Shown here: positions 1 to 14,467 of the stretch, one piece after another
Position numbering within the stretch: the first letter of the stretch is position 1
How the letters are laid out: the number at the start of each line of letters is the position of its first letter
Assembly: GCA_964016885.1 (NCBI GenBank)
Contig: OZ024742.1
Span: forward strand, 326,554,001-326,618,000
Reading direction: 5' to 3'
Source: Eledone cirrhosa
Lineage: Eukaryota
Length of the DNA stretch: 64,000 bases
Translations under genes and position numbers: made by a program
Notes under the pieces: model-generated
Told to the model about the DNA's origin: nothing
Database searches by the model: none
What the model saw: the letters and a program-made list of their open reading frames with translations, nothing else

Positions 1-230
1 TCCCTCTATAAACAGTACAATGTGTTTACTGGAAAATCACATTAAAATGTGACTTCTTTAAACATGGTATTTTTAGACTTTCAGCTTCCCAGCCCAAGGA
101 TTATTTCTGCACTTCAAGCATCGTATTGTGATCCTATTTTAAAAAATACGTCCTTTTAAATACTATTTATAGGCATTTGTTTAATTTTTTATTTTTTTAT
201 TTGTGTATCGTATTTGTGTGTATATCAAAC

Positions 231-259
231 ACACACATACACACAAATATATATATATG

Positions 260-355
<96 letters not shown>
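231..355. repeat. (CA)/(TA)/(TG)n compound microsatellite
   Basis: Direct reading. Confidence 0.95.
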
Positions 356-357
<2 letters not shown>

Positions 358-491
358 CTATACAAATCAAAGATTACAGGGTAAAAAGTGAAAATGAAAA
401 AGAACAGGGGTATAATTCAAAATTATATTTTCTTTAATCCGATAGAATAAACATTTTATGATTTTTACATTAAATAGATTTAAACTTCATC

Positions 492-543
492 AGTTGTTAC
501 CGATTTCAATTTGTATATCAACCTTAAAAAATATCAAACAACT
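492..543 (-). ncRNA. Degenerate type-I hammerhead ribozyme
   Basis: Minus strand reads agttgt-TTGATAT-...-GAAA-tcgg-TA-acaact. Stem I is 6 bp; A9 and the stem III palindrome are mutated and stem II is poor. Confidence 0.4.
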
Positions 544-615
544 TTGTTCACGTATTCTGGGGGATTTAGAACATACGTCCTAATTGTCCACAGAATATGG
601 GAACAAAGTTATTTT

Positions 616-658
616 AATATTTGATAAAATTGGCATACCAGTCGAAACCGGTAACATT
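616..658 (+). ncRNA. Minimal type-I hammerhead ribozyme, U3-A8 core
   Basis: aatat-TTGATAA-aattgg cata ccagtc-GAAA-ccgg-TA-acatt; stem III palindrome ACCGGT; one mismatch in stem I. Confidence 0.65.
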
Positions 659-1114
659 TGACAAAACTTAAATCCATTTAATACAACAATTATAAAATTA
701 TTTATTCGGTCAGATTAACGAAGATATAATCTTTAAAATATATCACTGTGTATTTTCCTGTATATTTGTGAAATGATTACATCTAGAAAGCACTAATCCC
801 GAGAAGATACATATATATAATATAAGTAGACAGTAAGTTACACGAATACACCGTTGACCATACAAGAAGTAATGGCATTTATTACATAACGTTTACATAT
901 GTTTCATTATTTGTGAAATTATTACATCTGAAAAGCACTAATCCCGAGAAGATATATATATATATAATAAATCCAGATTATAATTTACTTTTGAAATACG
1001 TGAAATATTTTACCTTTTCTACTATTCACATAACATTTTAAATACTTAACATTTACACTTATTGCTTCGGAATTCTCTAATATCAGATATTATGAAACAG
1101 CCTTCCTCTTCCAT

Positions 1115-1380
<266 letters not shown>

Positions 1381-1652
1381 TTTATCCTTCTTAAGATTTC
1401 TGGGCACTCACACTCTTGTCCATCCCCTGCAATAAAACTGAAATAAAATCCTTTTAACAATATTCGTACACACACACACACACACACATATATATACACA
1501 CATACACACATTATATATATATATATATGTGTGCGTGCGCGTGTGTGTGTGTGTGTATTCGTGTGCATACACACACATACAATTTATGTATATATTCTTC
1601 AATGAAAACAAACATTTACAAAACTACGCACTCAGACAGCAATGAAAAAACG

Positions 1653-1798
1653 CTGACACATTAGATCCACATTGGACTCTACCAATCACTGACACATTAG
1701 ATCCACATTGGACTCTACCAATCACTGACACATTAGATCCACATTGGACTCTACCAATCACTGACACAATAGATCCACATTGGACTCTACCAATCACT
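1653..1798. repeat. 36-bp minisatellite, 4 copies
   Basis: Unit ctgacacattagatccacattggactctaccaatca; copies nearly identical. Confidence 0.95.
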
Positions 1799-2474
1799 AT
1801 ATGTTCCAGAAATACTACATTAACTATAAATTTCAAATGTTTCGGGACACAATGTAATTTTCTTTATATTCGAATTTTAAGACCTACCGTAAAATACCAT
1901 GTTTGTATTTAAATATATATGCGTGTGTGCATGCGCGTGTATGCATATATATTTATGTATATTATGTGTGTATGTGTGTGTATAATAAGTAAGTGTATTC
2001 ATATATATACGTATATATATGTATATACATTTATGTATGTGTGTATGTGTGTTTGTGTGTGTATATGTGTTTGTGTGTGTATATGTTTGTATATACATAT
2101 ATGTATGTATGTATATATATAAATGTATATATATATATATATAAACAATTAAGTTAAAATGTTATATATATATATTTGTAGTTATTAATCTATTATTTGG
2201 TATTTGCATGATGTGATGTAATATATCTTGATGTACAGTTAAAAGTCGACATTTTACTGTACAATATCAAACAATGATTCAATATATTAAGATTATTAGA
2301 CCTTTACTTTATTTATTTTGTATTATTAGTAAAATTTTCAGAGGCATTAGACGCTTTTAAAAAACCTGATTTCCAAACCATAATGAATTTTAAGACTTTT
2401 TGTAGAAATTATTTTAATTTCTGAGGCACATTCTCTATCTCTCTCTCTTTTTCACTCCCTCCCTCTCTCTCATG

Positions 2475-2527
<53 letters not shown>

Positions 2528-3137
2528 TATATATATATATATATATATATGCATATATATATATATATGCATATATATATATATATAATATATATACATA
2601 TGTATATTTATATACATATATATATGCACACGTGCACCATATATATATATATATTTCTCTCACTCTGTACCAAAACACTTTCAAACCAAATGTATGTAAA
2701 TTTGGGTGAGTTGTCTTTTCTTTTGCAATGATTATTCTCAAGTCATGAACTTTCTTCTTTATTATTGATTTAATTATCTGACTGATTATCTAATTCAATT
2801 ATTTATTCTGTACTTATGTGTTAATCTGACTATAAACGTCCATTTCTAGAATACGCATAAATGATCTTGCCATCAAGATGAATGTTTGGCCTGGTGCTGA
2901 AAGCTTCTCTGCAGAGTGAACCCTGATGTAAACACATCTACATATATTCAAATATATACATATACTTATATAATATATAATTATACTTTCATGTATATAT
3001 TTATATAATTTTTTGTGTGTGTTTGTGCCTGAGTATATATATATATATATATGTATGTGTGCGTATATATACATTTACATATACATATATATATATAAAT
3101 ACATATATACACATATATATATGTACATATATATATA

Positions 3138-3175
<38 letters not shown>

Positions 3176-3558
3176 TGCAAGCACAAATTATCACTTCTCT
3201 TTTGATTTATCATTAACCATACGACATACCAGTTTGGATGCAACACTTAGATGAAAGCTAAATCATCAGTACTAATTAGTTCCCAACTACTAACAATTAT
3301 ATTATGCATAGGACAGCAGCTTCTGTAATATCACATTTGCAAACCAAGTTCATTTTCCACTTGTGGCTATTTCACTTATACTATTTCCTTTACTCTACTA
3401 ATGTTCTTGGTACAGACATATATATCACAAATACTGAACTCCCATGCTCGGAAATAAATAGTGCTTATATTCCTTTTGTTGATACATCCAGTCACAAATA
3501 TTCAAGCATTTGTCTATTTATGTGAAAGAATGTATGTATCATTATTATGCTTAAAAGA

Positions 3559-3750
3559 TGAGCGGTGAATTGGCTGTATCGGTAGAGGGTCGGATGCCAT
3601 GCCTTCCAGCATAGTTACGTCCCTTTACGTTCTGAGTTCAAATCCCATCGAGGTTAACTTTGCCTTTCATCCTTACGGGGTTGATAAAATAAAGTACCAG
3701 TAATGCACTGGGTAATTGCTGGCTTTGTGCCAAAAGTAGAAACAATTATT
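3559..3750 (+). mobile_element. tRNA-derived SINE with Nin/Deu-like central domain
   Basis: Box A-like tggctgtatcggt, box B gagttcaaatccc, central gcctttcatccttacggggttgataaaataaagtaccag, att tail; many copies in the window. Confidence 0.85.
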
Positions 3751-4826
3751 ATGCTTAAAAAATATTTTCTTCTAAATTTCAAAACAATATTAATAATAAT
3801 AATTGAAAAGAAAACACAATAATTTTGTCAAACATAAATGATATTATTAAATGGGAAAAATAAATTTTAAGAAAGATTTGAATTTTAATGAGTGTTTTTG
3901 GCCAAATTTAAAACCATTTTTTTTTTTTTTCTGAAAAACTTTTTAAAAAATAGATGAAAAAATATATAATATTTTAGCAAATATAAAAATATTTTTGCCA
4001 AATATATACAAAATATTTAGCAAACTGAAAAATATGTCAAAGGGTTGGTCTTCGGAGGTTTTTTTGACTAAACTTGAAACTTTTTTCTGGCAAAATAACC
4101 AAAACAAAGAAAAACATTTTTACTTATAAATGACTTTTATTAAATTTTAAAAGAATTTTTTTAGAAAACTTAAAAACGTTTTTTCAATCAACTTTAACAT
4201 TTTCTGCAGCAGTTTCAAAATTTCTTTCCCGTCTCAGAAAATATTTTAAAACAAGTTTTATATTAAAAGTAAAAACAGTTGTTTAGTCTCAAAATAGTCT
4301 CAAAATTGTTTTAATAAACTTTAAATTCAACTTCAAAACCATATAATTAAATTTTAACATTTTTGTCAATAAACTTTAAATTCAATGTTTTTGTTAAACC
4401 TAACTAAATAAGCTAATGAATGTTTCAAAAAATCTTAAGTTTAAGAGGTTCTTTCAATGAAAACTAAGAATGTTTTTTAATAAACTTAATAAGAATATTC
4501 CTAAGTGACACAAGATTTACAGGTGATTTGATCTGAGATCATATGTTGGAAATAAAGCAATTGCATCTTGGTAGAATTATTGTAGCAATTAAGAAATCAT
4601 ATGCACTATTATATTCACTCAAGCTTGATTAATATTTCATAATCATTGGTATGGATGTACAACAAAACAAGTTGACACCTACTATTAATATATATATACA
4701 CACATACATATATATATATATATATACATATATATACATATATATATATATAAGTATGTATATGTCCCAAGGCTCTGATACCATCAACACTATACACACA
4801 GAGCTGGCATATCTAAGAACTGACTA

Positions 4827-4882
4827 ACTGCCTGATGAGGTCATAGCCATTCAATGGCTATCATCGAAATATATATAGCAGT
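4827..4882 (+). ncRNA. Minimal type-I hammerhead in a solo PLE-terminus island (~4765-4930)
   Basis: actgc-CTGATGA-ggtcatagccat tca atggctatcatc-GAAA-tatata-TA-gcagt; all three stems pair; island is flanked by TA-rich repeats. Confidence 0.9.
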
Positions 4883-6019
4883 AAATAAAGGATTATGAGT
4901 TCATGCAATTGACTTATGTTTCGTCACTATATAAGTATGTATGTATATATGTTTATACATATATACACATATATATATAAGTATGTATGTATATATAATT
5001 ATATATATATATGTTACAAAATAAAACAGTATAAGTAAATATAACAGTCTATATAACATCTGCCATGGGTCAATTGTTTATTAAAATACTCTTGGAAAAC
5101 GTTTTTTAAGAAACTTAAGTGCACCTTCATGAAATTAATTTTTAACCCTGACTAAATGTTTTAGTAAACTTAAATTGTTACTAGTGACACTAAAATATAT
5201 CTCTTAGTATTTAAGTAAAAATAAAATGATGAATAACATTACAAACATTGTATTATACTTTGGCACAAATTGATATATTGTTGAAGACTATGTCTTTGGA
5301 TTTGTTTGTGTCTTCATTCTTGGATATAAGGTCAGTTAATTCCCTCCAGGCCTTCTTTCAAATTGAAGTAAGGCCTTGAAAGGTAAAATGTGTTTTGTGT
5401 GACTGTGTGAATACATGTGGTGCATAAATGCATGTGCAGGCTTATGTATGTGTGTATCTGTGTATGTGTGTATGTGTGTATGTGTGTGTGCACTTGTGTG
5501 TGTGTGTGTCTGTTAGGATGCATATGTGTGTTTATGTATGCATGTCTATTTGCATGAACATTTCAAGGGAAAGTTTTTTTTTTCTTTACCTCTGCTGGAT
5601 TCTGCAAAAGAACTTGCAAGAAGTATCAACTGTCTTATTGAAACATAATATAACAAGAATATTACATGAATATTCGTGCATGTCAACAAAACTAATTCTT
5701 TTTTAATTTTTTCTCACCCAGTATTTTTTTTTTTCACCTTGTATTTTTTTTTTTTTTTTTTTGTAATATTTCAATCATATCAACAATTCTATTATTTTCA
5801 AATCTGATGATTATATTTTCTATTTTCACAGTGGAAAAAAAAACTTCAAACTTGAAAATTAAGAATCCAGTATTCTTTAATATTTTCATGTCTACATACT
5901 TAATATCTGATATTTTAGCATGATACCAAACAAACACCAAACACCATATACCATATATAAGTCACTGTGGTAAATAACTTGCGCCTCTTTCATGCTTATC
6001 AAACTTTAGCATTGTTTAA

Positions 6020-6217
6020 TATTGGTGGATTGGCAAAATTATTAGTGAACATGCCTTGCAGTATTCATTATGGTTCTTTTTGTTCCCACTGGGGTTAATT
6101 TGCCTTTCATTATTCCAGGAGAAATTATTGTACCTGTCAAGTGCTGGGTCTATATAATCAACTTTCACCTTTACTCCCCAAATTGTTGGCCTTGTGTCTA
6201 AAGTAGAGACCATTATT
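6020..6217 (+). mobile_element. Degraded Nin/Deu-like SINE
   Basis: ggtggattggca ... tttgcctttcat ... ttggccttgtgtctaaagtagagaccattatt. Confidence 0.7.
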
Positions 6218-6658
6218 TTGTGTTTCAACCTTAGCTCAAGGTTTGATAGATGAGTTGCATGCAGCTTTGTAGCAAATAATTGAGTGAAAACTGCAGTATC
6301 TATGAGTTTATATGGTATAGTATTAAACTAAGCTTTCATTTACCTGACCCTTTGGTGTCTTTAGCAAAGTCCAGTCTGTTGCAAGCATTCAAACCAGATC
6401 TCTGATTTGAGGATGCTTTCCTGCCTCCCTCTCACTCCCATATTCTCGGCGGCTCTGAAAAGTGTCATACACACACCTGCCCTTCCCTTCTAAACAGAAA
6501 AAAGTAAACCCTGCAATATGTGGTCACTCAGACTGCTAAAATTGGTGTCAAATCTCCCTCAATTACAACCACACCATCTTAGAAAATCATCAGATAATCA
6601 ATACTTGGGATACCTGCACATTGAAGAAAGATAGGAGGGTCATGGGTGGTATGCTTTT

Positions 6659-7210
6659 GATCAGGGATGACCCATGGCTGCTAGATCAGGGATGACTTAT
6701 AGCTGCTAAATCAGTGGTGACCTATAGCTGCTTGATCCGGGGTGACCAGTGGCTGCTAGATCGGGGATTACCAATGGCTGCTAGATCAGGGATGACCAAT
6801 AGCTGCTAAATCAGTGATGACCTATAACTGCTTGATCCTGGGTGACCTGTGGCTGCTAGATCGGGGATTACCCATGGCTGCTAGATCAGTGATGACCTGT
6901 GGCTGCTAGATCAGGGATGACCCATGAGTGCTAGATCAGTGATGACCAGGGTCTGCTAGATCAGGGATGACCAGGGTCTGCTAGATCAGGGATGACTAGG
7001 GGCTGCTAGATCAGAGAGGACCTATGGCTGCTAGATCAGAAATGACCTGTGGCTGTTAGATCAGTGATGACCTTTGGCTGCTAGATCTAGGATGGCCTGT
7101 GGCTGCTAGATCTAGGATGACCTATGAATGCTACATCAGTGATGACCTGTGGCTGTTTGATGAGAGATGATCTATGGCTGCTACATCCAGTGACTTCTGG
7201 CTGTTAGATC
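6659..7210. repeat. 25-bp minisatellite, about 22 copies, with a 4-unit higher-order duplication
   Basis: Unit gatcagggatgacc(c/t)(a/g)tggctgcta; block 6684-6783 recurs at 6784-6884. Confidence 0.9.
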
Positions 7211-7448
7211 ATGGATAATCAACAATAAACAACAGATGCTATCAAAAACTTTCCAATTGTGTTTAATAATGGTAAATAACTTCTCTTGAAAATTATCATC
7301 CTTAACATTAAAATTTTGGTTTCAATTTTAAAACCTTAAATACATACATTATAATATTCTTTCTTTGATGGAATTAAAGGTGGGAGGGTTGCTTTGAGCT
7401 TTATACAAGCTATTTATTTCTGTGAGTCTGTATGTGCACAGGCATGTG

Positions 7449-7593
<145 letters not shown>

Positions 7594-7668
7594 CCACATG
7601 CCTGTGCACATACATATAATATATATATATATATATACACATGTGCAAATGTGCATATATATATATAA

Positions 7669-7704
<36 letters not shown>

Positions 7705-7821
7705 GTGTGCATATATATATACATATATATATGCATATATATATACGTTTATATATATATACATATACATATATATATATATACATATATATATGCGTAT
7801 ATATATGTATATATATATGTT

Positions 7822-7888
<67 letters not shown>

Positions 7889-10239
7889 ATTTATATATAA
7901 ATATATATATAAATTTTGTCTCTCTTGCTCTGCAGTTGCTTCCTATTACTTAATATTTTTTCACGTCATACTGTCTTTCTATCTCAATCTCTCTCTCTTT
8001 TTTTTTATCCCTCTCTACCTGTTTCTCTCTTACTTGCTCTCTTTGTATCAGCATTCACTCATGCTTACATCTCATGTTTCATTGATGATCACATCATATT
8101 ATATAATATCACATAGACATCATGCCCTTTTCTGGCAGCAATTCTATTATACTTACATAGCCACAGCTACTTACACCCACATTGATACTAATCCAATAGC
8201 TGGGTAATATTAATTTATAGATAAATCAGCCTCCAACACCAACACACTCACATATGCATGCATACACATGCAATTTAAATGAACCATTGGACAAACTTCT
8301 ACATGATCACTTTGCCTCAAACACCCCTCACACCATCATAAAAATGGATACATTAAATAGGTTAGCATTCGGTTCCCTACACACAGGAAAATGATGGGAT
8401 AGCTACAGTTTGGATGCCTTTAATCATAGGTTCTCATGACCAGGAATGACCTGGGACTACACAATATTCATTCTTATCCAAGTATATCTACGTATCGTTT
8501 ATGCATATACATACAAACATTACTAACAATATGTGTACTTCACCAAGATGTTATTAGAACATTGCCCCACACGAAATTATATGATTTCAAAAAACTCTTA
8601 CTACTCTGTGCCAAGTGGAAATCCTACCAGAGGGTTTAACTCAACTTTGCATTTCATCCTTCCAGACGGTCAGACAAAATTTGTTGCATACTTTATGCTG
8701 GAATTTATTCTATTTGCTTCATTCAAGCTTTGTGCAAAAATGGGCAAATAACAACTATCTTTAATAAATTTTCTCCCATCTAGATACATACACATCCTAT
8801 TTCCTCCCATATACATCACCATTTGTATATTCTTGGTAAAATTCAAATGTGTTTTGATAAACCCTTATTAAATGTTGTGAATTGTTTTTAGATTTTTATA
8901 TGAAATGCAATAGTTATGAATGAAACCCTCAAATGATAATTGGTACAAAAAAAAAAAATCTTTCTTTTAGACCAAAAATTGGAGCTGTTACAACTCAGAG
9001 CTATTCAAAAATACATGGGGTGGGTACAGTGAAACACCAGTCACTCTGTTTTCAAAAATGGGAAATGAGTAGACACTACACTCTTGGCTGAATTGCATGA
9101 TGAAAGTGTTGCCAGGGAGAACAGGGAGAAATACCCCCTGAAACAGCCAGCTCAACTCACAGGGTTTCTCTCTCAGGAGTGATGCCCTCATCATGGTTAA
9201 AGCAGAAGAAAACAGCAGGTGGCTGGTGCAAAAAGGTATTGCAAGTTTAGAGGAAAATTTGTGTTGCAAATTCACAGATTTTATCTGAAAGTACCACAGA
9301 GATATATAAATGAATCATATTGAATGAATAACAACCTGATGCCTAGGTCAAAAAGGTTCATAATGAACTATATTCAAAGAGAACAAATTGCCACTCACTT
9401 TAACCCTTTCATCACCATTTTCCTAATGAAAGACACTGCCTATTATTTTCAAATCACTTTTAAAATAATCAAGAATTTAGTAATATTACTAACATTCTCA
9501 TTACTATCCTAGTGTTTGGAGCATAACTTAGCAAAATTTCTTACATAAAATTATGATTAAATATTTTAGATAAAGATAACTTTAAAATATATAGCTTTAT
9601 ATTGTAAAACCAGGGACAGTTTCAAGTGGTTTAGTTTCCAGTGTGTTAAGAGAAGGCGGTCCATGGCATCTGATAAACTCTTTTGAGAATTTACAAATCA
9701 TAAATATTTTAATGATAGTTTGGCAGCTCCAATTTATTATAGAATATTTTATATATTTTATTCTGTATGTGTTTGTCTGTCCATGTGTTTTTTATAATAA
9801 ATTTTAGAAATAGTTATAAGCTTATAATTTAATGGTTTTAGTTAAATATTTACTTAGGATAGGACTTATTTGTATGAGAATGCATACCTTGTAGTATTTG
9901 TAATTCAAGAACAACATCGCTTTTCATGTTGATGATGATAACTAGAATGAGGAACATGAGGATTCAGCTGTCTTTTACTGTAATCATTAAAGGATTTGAT
10001 GGGAATCATTTTATAGTCCATTACACATAACTGAAGTATTTTCTCCAATCTTCTTTTTCATATTTTTTTTACTTTAGTTGTGGGGAAAGCACTGTGAGTT
10101 ATTTTTATGTAAAGAACACTAAAAAATAAATAAAGGCTAAAGATAATAAAATGAAATTCATTTAAGCTAAAACCTTAATGTGATTGAGCTTTTATTTGAA
10201 ATATTAAATATGAAAGATGCAATTAATTTTCTTCTCGGT

Positions 10240-10880
10240 TTTATCAGATTAATGGATGTTTTACATTAAGATGCTAGCTCTCAGTAAACCTAGTTTCATT
10301 ACATTGGAAGGTGCTGCAAAGTAAGATATTAGCCCCCAATAAACCCAGTTTTATTAAATAGTAGATGTAGTACATTAAAGTATTTAACACCTAGTAAACC
10401 CAGTTTTAACATATTGGTGGATAATATAACTCTCAATAAACCCAAATTTTATCACAATAATGGATACAATACAGTAAGATAGTGTCCAGCCTAGAGAAGC
10501 AAGTTTTATCATTTTAATGGGTGAAGTTAGCTTTCAGTAAACCAAACTTTGTTCACATTGGTAACGGTAGTACTACACAGAACCTAGTAAACTGCTTTAT
10601 GTTATTGGTGAATGCAGTAACATGTTAAAACCCAGTAAAATCATTATCATTGATTGGTGTAAAACAATATAATACTAGTTCCCAATGAGCCCACTTGTAT
10701 CAAATTGATGGGTGAAGCAGAATAAGAGGTTAACTCATAACAATATATAGTTTTATCTAACTAGGAGGTGTAATACAATGCATCAGATATTACCAACCAG
10801 TTAATATAGTTATATCACATTTGTAAGCTCTGTAAAGGAAGTTGTTAGCTCCCAGCAAATCAGGTATTTGATTTTATTGT
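10240..10880. repeat. Old degenerate ~50-bp minisatellite
   Basis: Recurring ccagtaaacccagttttat..acattggt.gatg motif. Confidence 0.55.
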
Positions 10881-11146
10881 ATTCAATTTTACCAGTAGTA
10901 GTAGTAGTTGAGTTTATTTGCACTACTATGATAATGCTTTGTAAAAAGGTTTAAACCTCATGACATGAGTTTTCATTTTCTTTGTCCAATCGTTTGAAAC
11001 AAAATATTTGAACAGCAATTAAAACAACTCATAAAACTCAGCCAATGGGACCAATTGAGGGTGTTACATGGATAGAATATACATACACATATATGCATAT
11101 ACTTGTATAATAATACAAGTGTATATTGTGATTGTGTGTGTATTTA

Positions 11147-11350
11147 TATAAAGAGTTGGGACCTACCAACTAAGCTCTTACCATTTCAACAGCTACTTCC
11201 AGAGTCTGAAACCTGTAACTAGCTGTTGAAATGGCAAGAGCTCAGCTGTCAGGTCCCAACTCTTTATAATATAACCTTTCTACTACCCAAGTGTCCATTA
11301 CTCTGTTGAGTAATGGTCTAACCAGTTTCAAACTGAATCCATCCTGATTT
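11147..11350 (+). mobile_element. Fold-back PLE 3'-terminus mini-element (half hammerhead), distant relative of 58435-58573
   Basis: Hairpin 11147-11268; right arm tagctgtt-GAAA-tggcaagagctcagctg-TC-aggtccc...ctactacccaagt...atggtc aligns by eye with 58445-58560. Confidence 0.7.
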
Positions 11351-11409
11351 ATATATACATGAAAAAAGTAGTCAGAAATAACAAAACAAATGACACAGCA
11401 CATTGAAGA

Positions 11410-11870
11410 AATATGCTTGCATGGGTTAGATGGGTTATCACATTATGATAAGTCAGATCTGGAAAGCACATCATGTTCAACGGATCTGCAATTTGGCTTG
11501 GTTTCTATGGCTGAATGCCCTTCCTAACACCAACCATGATATAGTGTGGACTGGATCCTTTTTATTATGGTACCAAAATGACCATCTCACAGGGTGAAAT
11601 GGCTGCTTTTTGCATGTCACCAACAAAACCACCTTACTGGCTGGATTTGGTGATTTTTGTTATGTCACCAGCATTACCAGTTTACAGTATGGACTGGGCA
11701 CTTTTTGCTATGTCACCAGCATTATCACCTTACAGTGTGGACTGAGCAATTTTTGTCGTGTCACCAGCACAACCACCTTAGATGATCAACTGGGTACATT
11801 TGTTGTTGTGGCACCAGATAAGCATACAACATGGACTTTGTGATTTTTGTAATGGCAACAGCATTGTGGG
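11410..11870 (-). mobile_element. Meta-domain-like SINE remnant with an internal ~48-bp tandem expansion
   Basis: ggctgaatgcccttcctaacaccaa (reverse complement of ggaagggcatccagcc), followed by about 7 degenerate tggactgggcactttttgctatgtcaccagca units. Confidence 0.55.
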
Positions 11871-14467
11871 AGATCAGATGTCAAGTATGTCCAGCTTTCA
11901 TGGGTTGTGCAGGCCAGGTGTATCAGGGCTAGGTGCAAGTATGCAAGTTTGACAATGATTTGGTGCGTGGTATATTTAGCAGGCTAGAGTGGATTATCAA
12001 AACTGGGGAGAGTGGATATGCCTAGTTGACATAGGAACTCAATACATATAAAATGTAGTGTATATTTAATTTATCAATAAAAATATCTTATGTCTTTAAT
12101 CTCCTTTTACTAATGTCTAATAAGCTTAGTTATTAGCAAAACAAGCCTGCAGCCTGCAAGATATTCACATACATATAGATACACACACACACACGCATAT
12201 ATATATATGTGTGTATATATATATATGTGTGTGTGTATATATATATATGTATACATGTATATTGCCATTTATTCCCACATACATATAAATACACAATTTA
12301 TAAGATCTTGTATAGTTCATAAATAATGTTTAATCATTTAATCTACTAGTACACAACTTCAACAACAACAACAATAGCAGCATCAGCAACAACAAAAATA
12401 CACATTTAACTATTAAACTAAAAAATTAAACCCCCCACCCCAATCATTATGTCATGCTTAATTTATGAATGCTGACAGTGACATCAACAATAAGTGAAAA
12501 AAGAAAATTAACAATAAATTAAACCATCTCCCTCATGCTTGTCAAGTTTATCAACATTTGTTCAAATCAAACCCAGTGGATTGATAGAATCAATAGATTA
12601 TTGGACAATATACCTTGCAGTATTCTGTATTTAATAATGGCTCTCTTCACTCCAAGTACAAATCATGTCAAGCCAACTTTACCCTTCATCATTCTAGGGC
12701 ACTGATTTCCAAAGTGGGTTCCACAATGGAGTATGTGGGCTTCTGTGAAAAAGTTAGAGGAGTATATTTATATTATGACCATATAAAAGTATTGGACTTT
12801 GGGGTTCCCCTAAAAGTTTCTGAACCGAAAAGTTTCCAGGATTGAAAAAGTTTGGGAGCCAATAAAATAATATCACCATTATAATGTCACCATAATGTGT
12901 TAATATGCTCCCCCTTTTTGTGAATATAAGGGCTGGTGCCTATGTATCAAATGAGGATTATTTCAAATCTAGTATTACTTGGTATTTATTGGATTACATT
13001 GGCTTCTACATTTTATTTTAACCTTGTTTTACCATATTTCTAATGAAAGACGCTGCCTATGATTTTCAAATAACTTTGAAAATATTCAAGAATTTGGAGA
13101 GAATTGATAATGTAACCAACTTTTTTGCTATTAAACTGGTGTTTTCAGCATAGCTTAACAAAAGTGTATACGTGAGATTATGATGGGAGGTTTTAGATTA
13201 ATATAACTATTGTAAAAGACACAGTTTTGTAACATAGAACCAGAGCATTTCAGACAGTTTGGTGTCAAAAAGGTTAAAGCTACTTCTTTCAATTATCCGT
13301 TTTCATCCTGCCTGCTCTCATCCATGATTTAATTTAATTACTCTTGTTGTTGATTTTGTTTTAATTATTGTTAAAATTTAAGTAGAGATAAAACTGTTTT
13401 ATACTCGAAAATAATTTGGGTTTAACCAACCAATGTAAATATTCAACATAGAACTTCCTGGAAACTTCCAAGATTATCTGGACATAAAAAATGTTAAATC
13501 CAGTACTTTTCTTCTTCTTCTTTTCTTTTTTCTAATTATATTTGTTGTGTGAATATGTTGCATTGCAGATTAAGACTGGATTTCAAAGAAATAACATCGA
13601 AAAATTATTATTCCCTCTCAAATAACCCACAACAACTACTACTACCAACACCACCATTGCTATTTCCATTCATCCTCACATATCCACACTACCATCACCT
13701 ACATTACTACCTAACATCACTACCATCACTATCTCTATCATTTCACTGATAAAATTAATTTACACATTTTGATATATCAATTAATAAGGGCATCAAGCTG
13801 TATTAAAAATACAATTGCCCCAACTAAATGCAAATAACAAAAATTTGCAAATGACTATCCCACCTATGCTAGCATAGAAATATAAATGTAAAACAGTAAA
13901 AAAAGAAAAGTGTTTGTTTTTTTTCTTTAAAATATGCAGTTGTATCTAATTGTTTTTGTTTGTTTGTTTTTGTTTTGGGGCTTTTTTCTTAATATGAAAA
14001 TGCATCAATCTATCTATTTAAATATCTGCATTCTTCTAAGTTCAAATCAAATTGAAGCCTGTATTGCTTTTTCAACCTTTCAGGATTAACAAAATAAAGT
14101 ATCATGTGAATTAGTGGAGTTGTCGGGGTATGTATCCCAACTTTCTGTGCTCTGAGTTCAAATCCCACTGAGGTCAGCTTTGCCCTTCATAGGGCTTACT
14201 ACCGAATCATTAAAGAATTAGATGAGATGCCTTGTGGTATTTATTCTAGTCTTTTCTGGTCTGATTTCAAATCCCTTTGTTGTCTACTTAGGTGCAAGAC
14301 TTAATCTGTCACCTGGATTAATAACATACCCTGACAGAGTCCACTCTGTTCCAAGCAATTGGACCAGGTCCCTAATTTGAGGATTCCTTCTTCCTTCCTC
14401 CCATCAATCATACAGGCCCTCAAAAACCCATAGGTACTGTTGTTCAATAATAATGATAATAATAATA

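Noticed and set aside
3900-4500. Recurring ttttaataaactt motif
   Set aside because: Too degenerate and AT-rich to define a unit by eye.
1653-7210. CRISPR-like appearance of the 36-bp and 25-bp arrays
   Set aside because: No unique spacers, no cas genes, and a eukaryotic context.
8961-9290. Possible host exon after tttcttttag, or decayed mariner N-terminus
   Set aside because: Stops in all three plus frames, no recognisable protein in the minus ORF, and only vague transposase resemblance.
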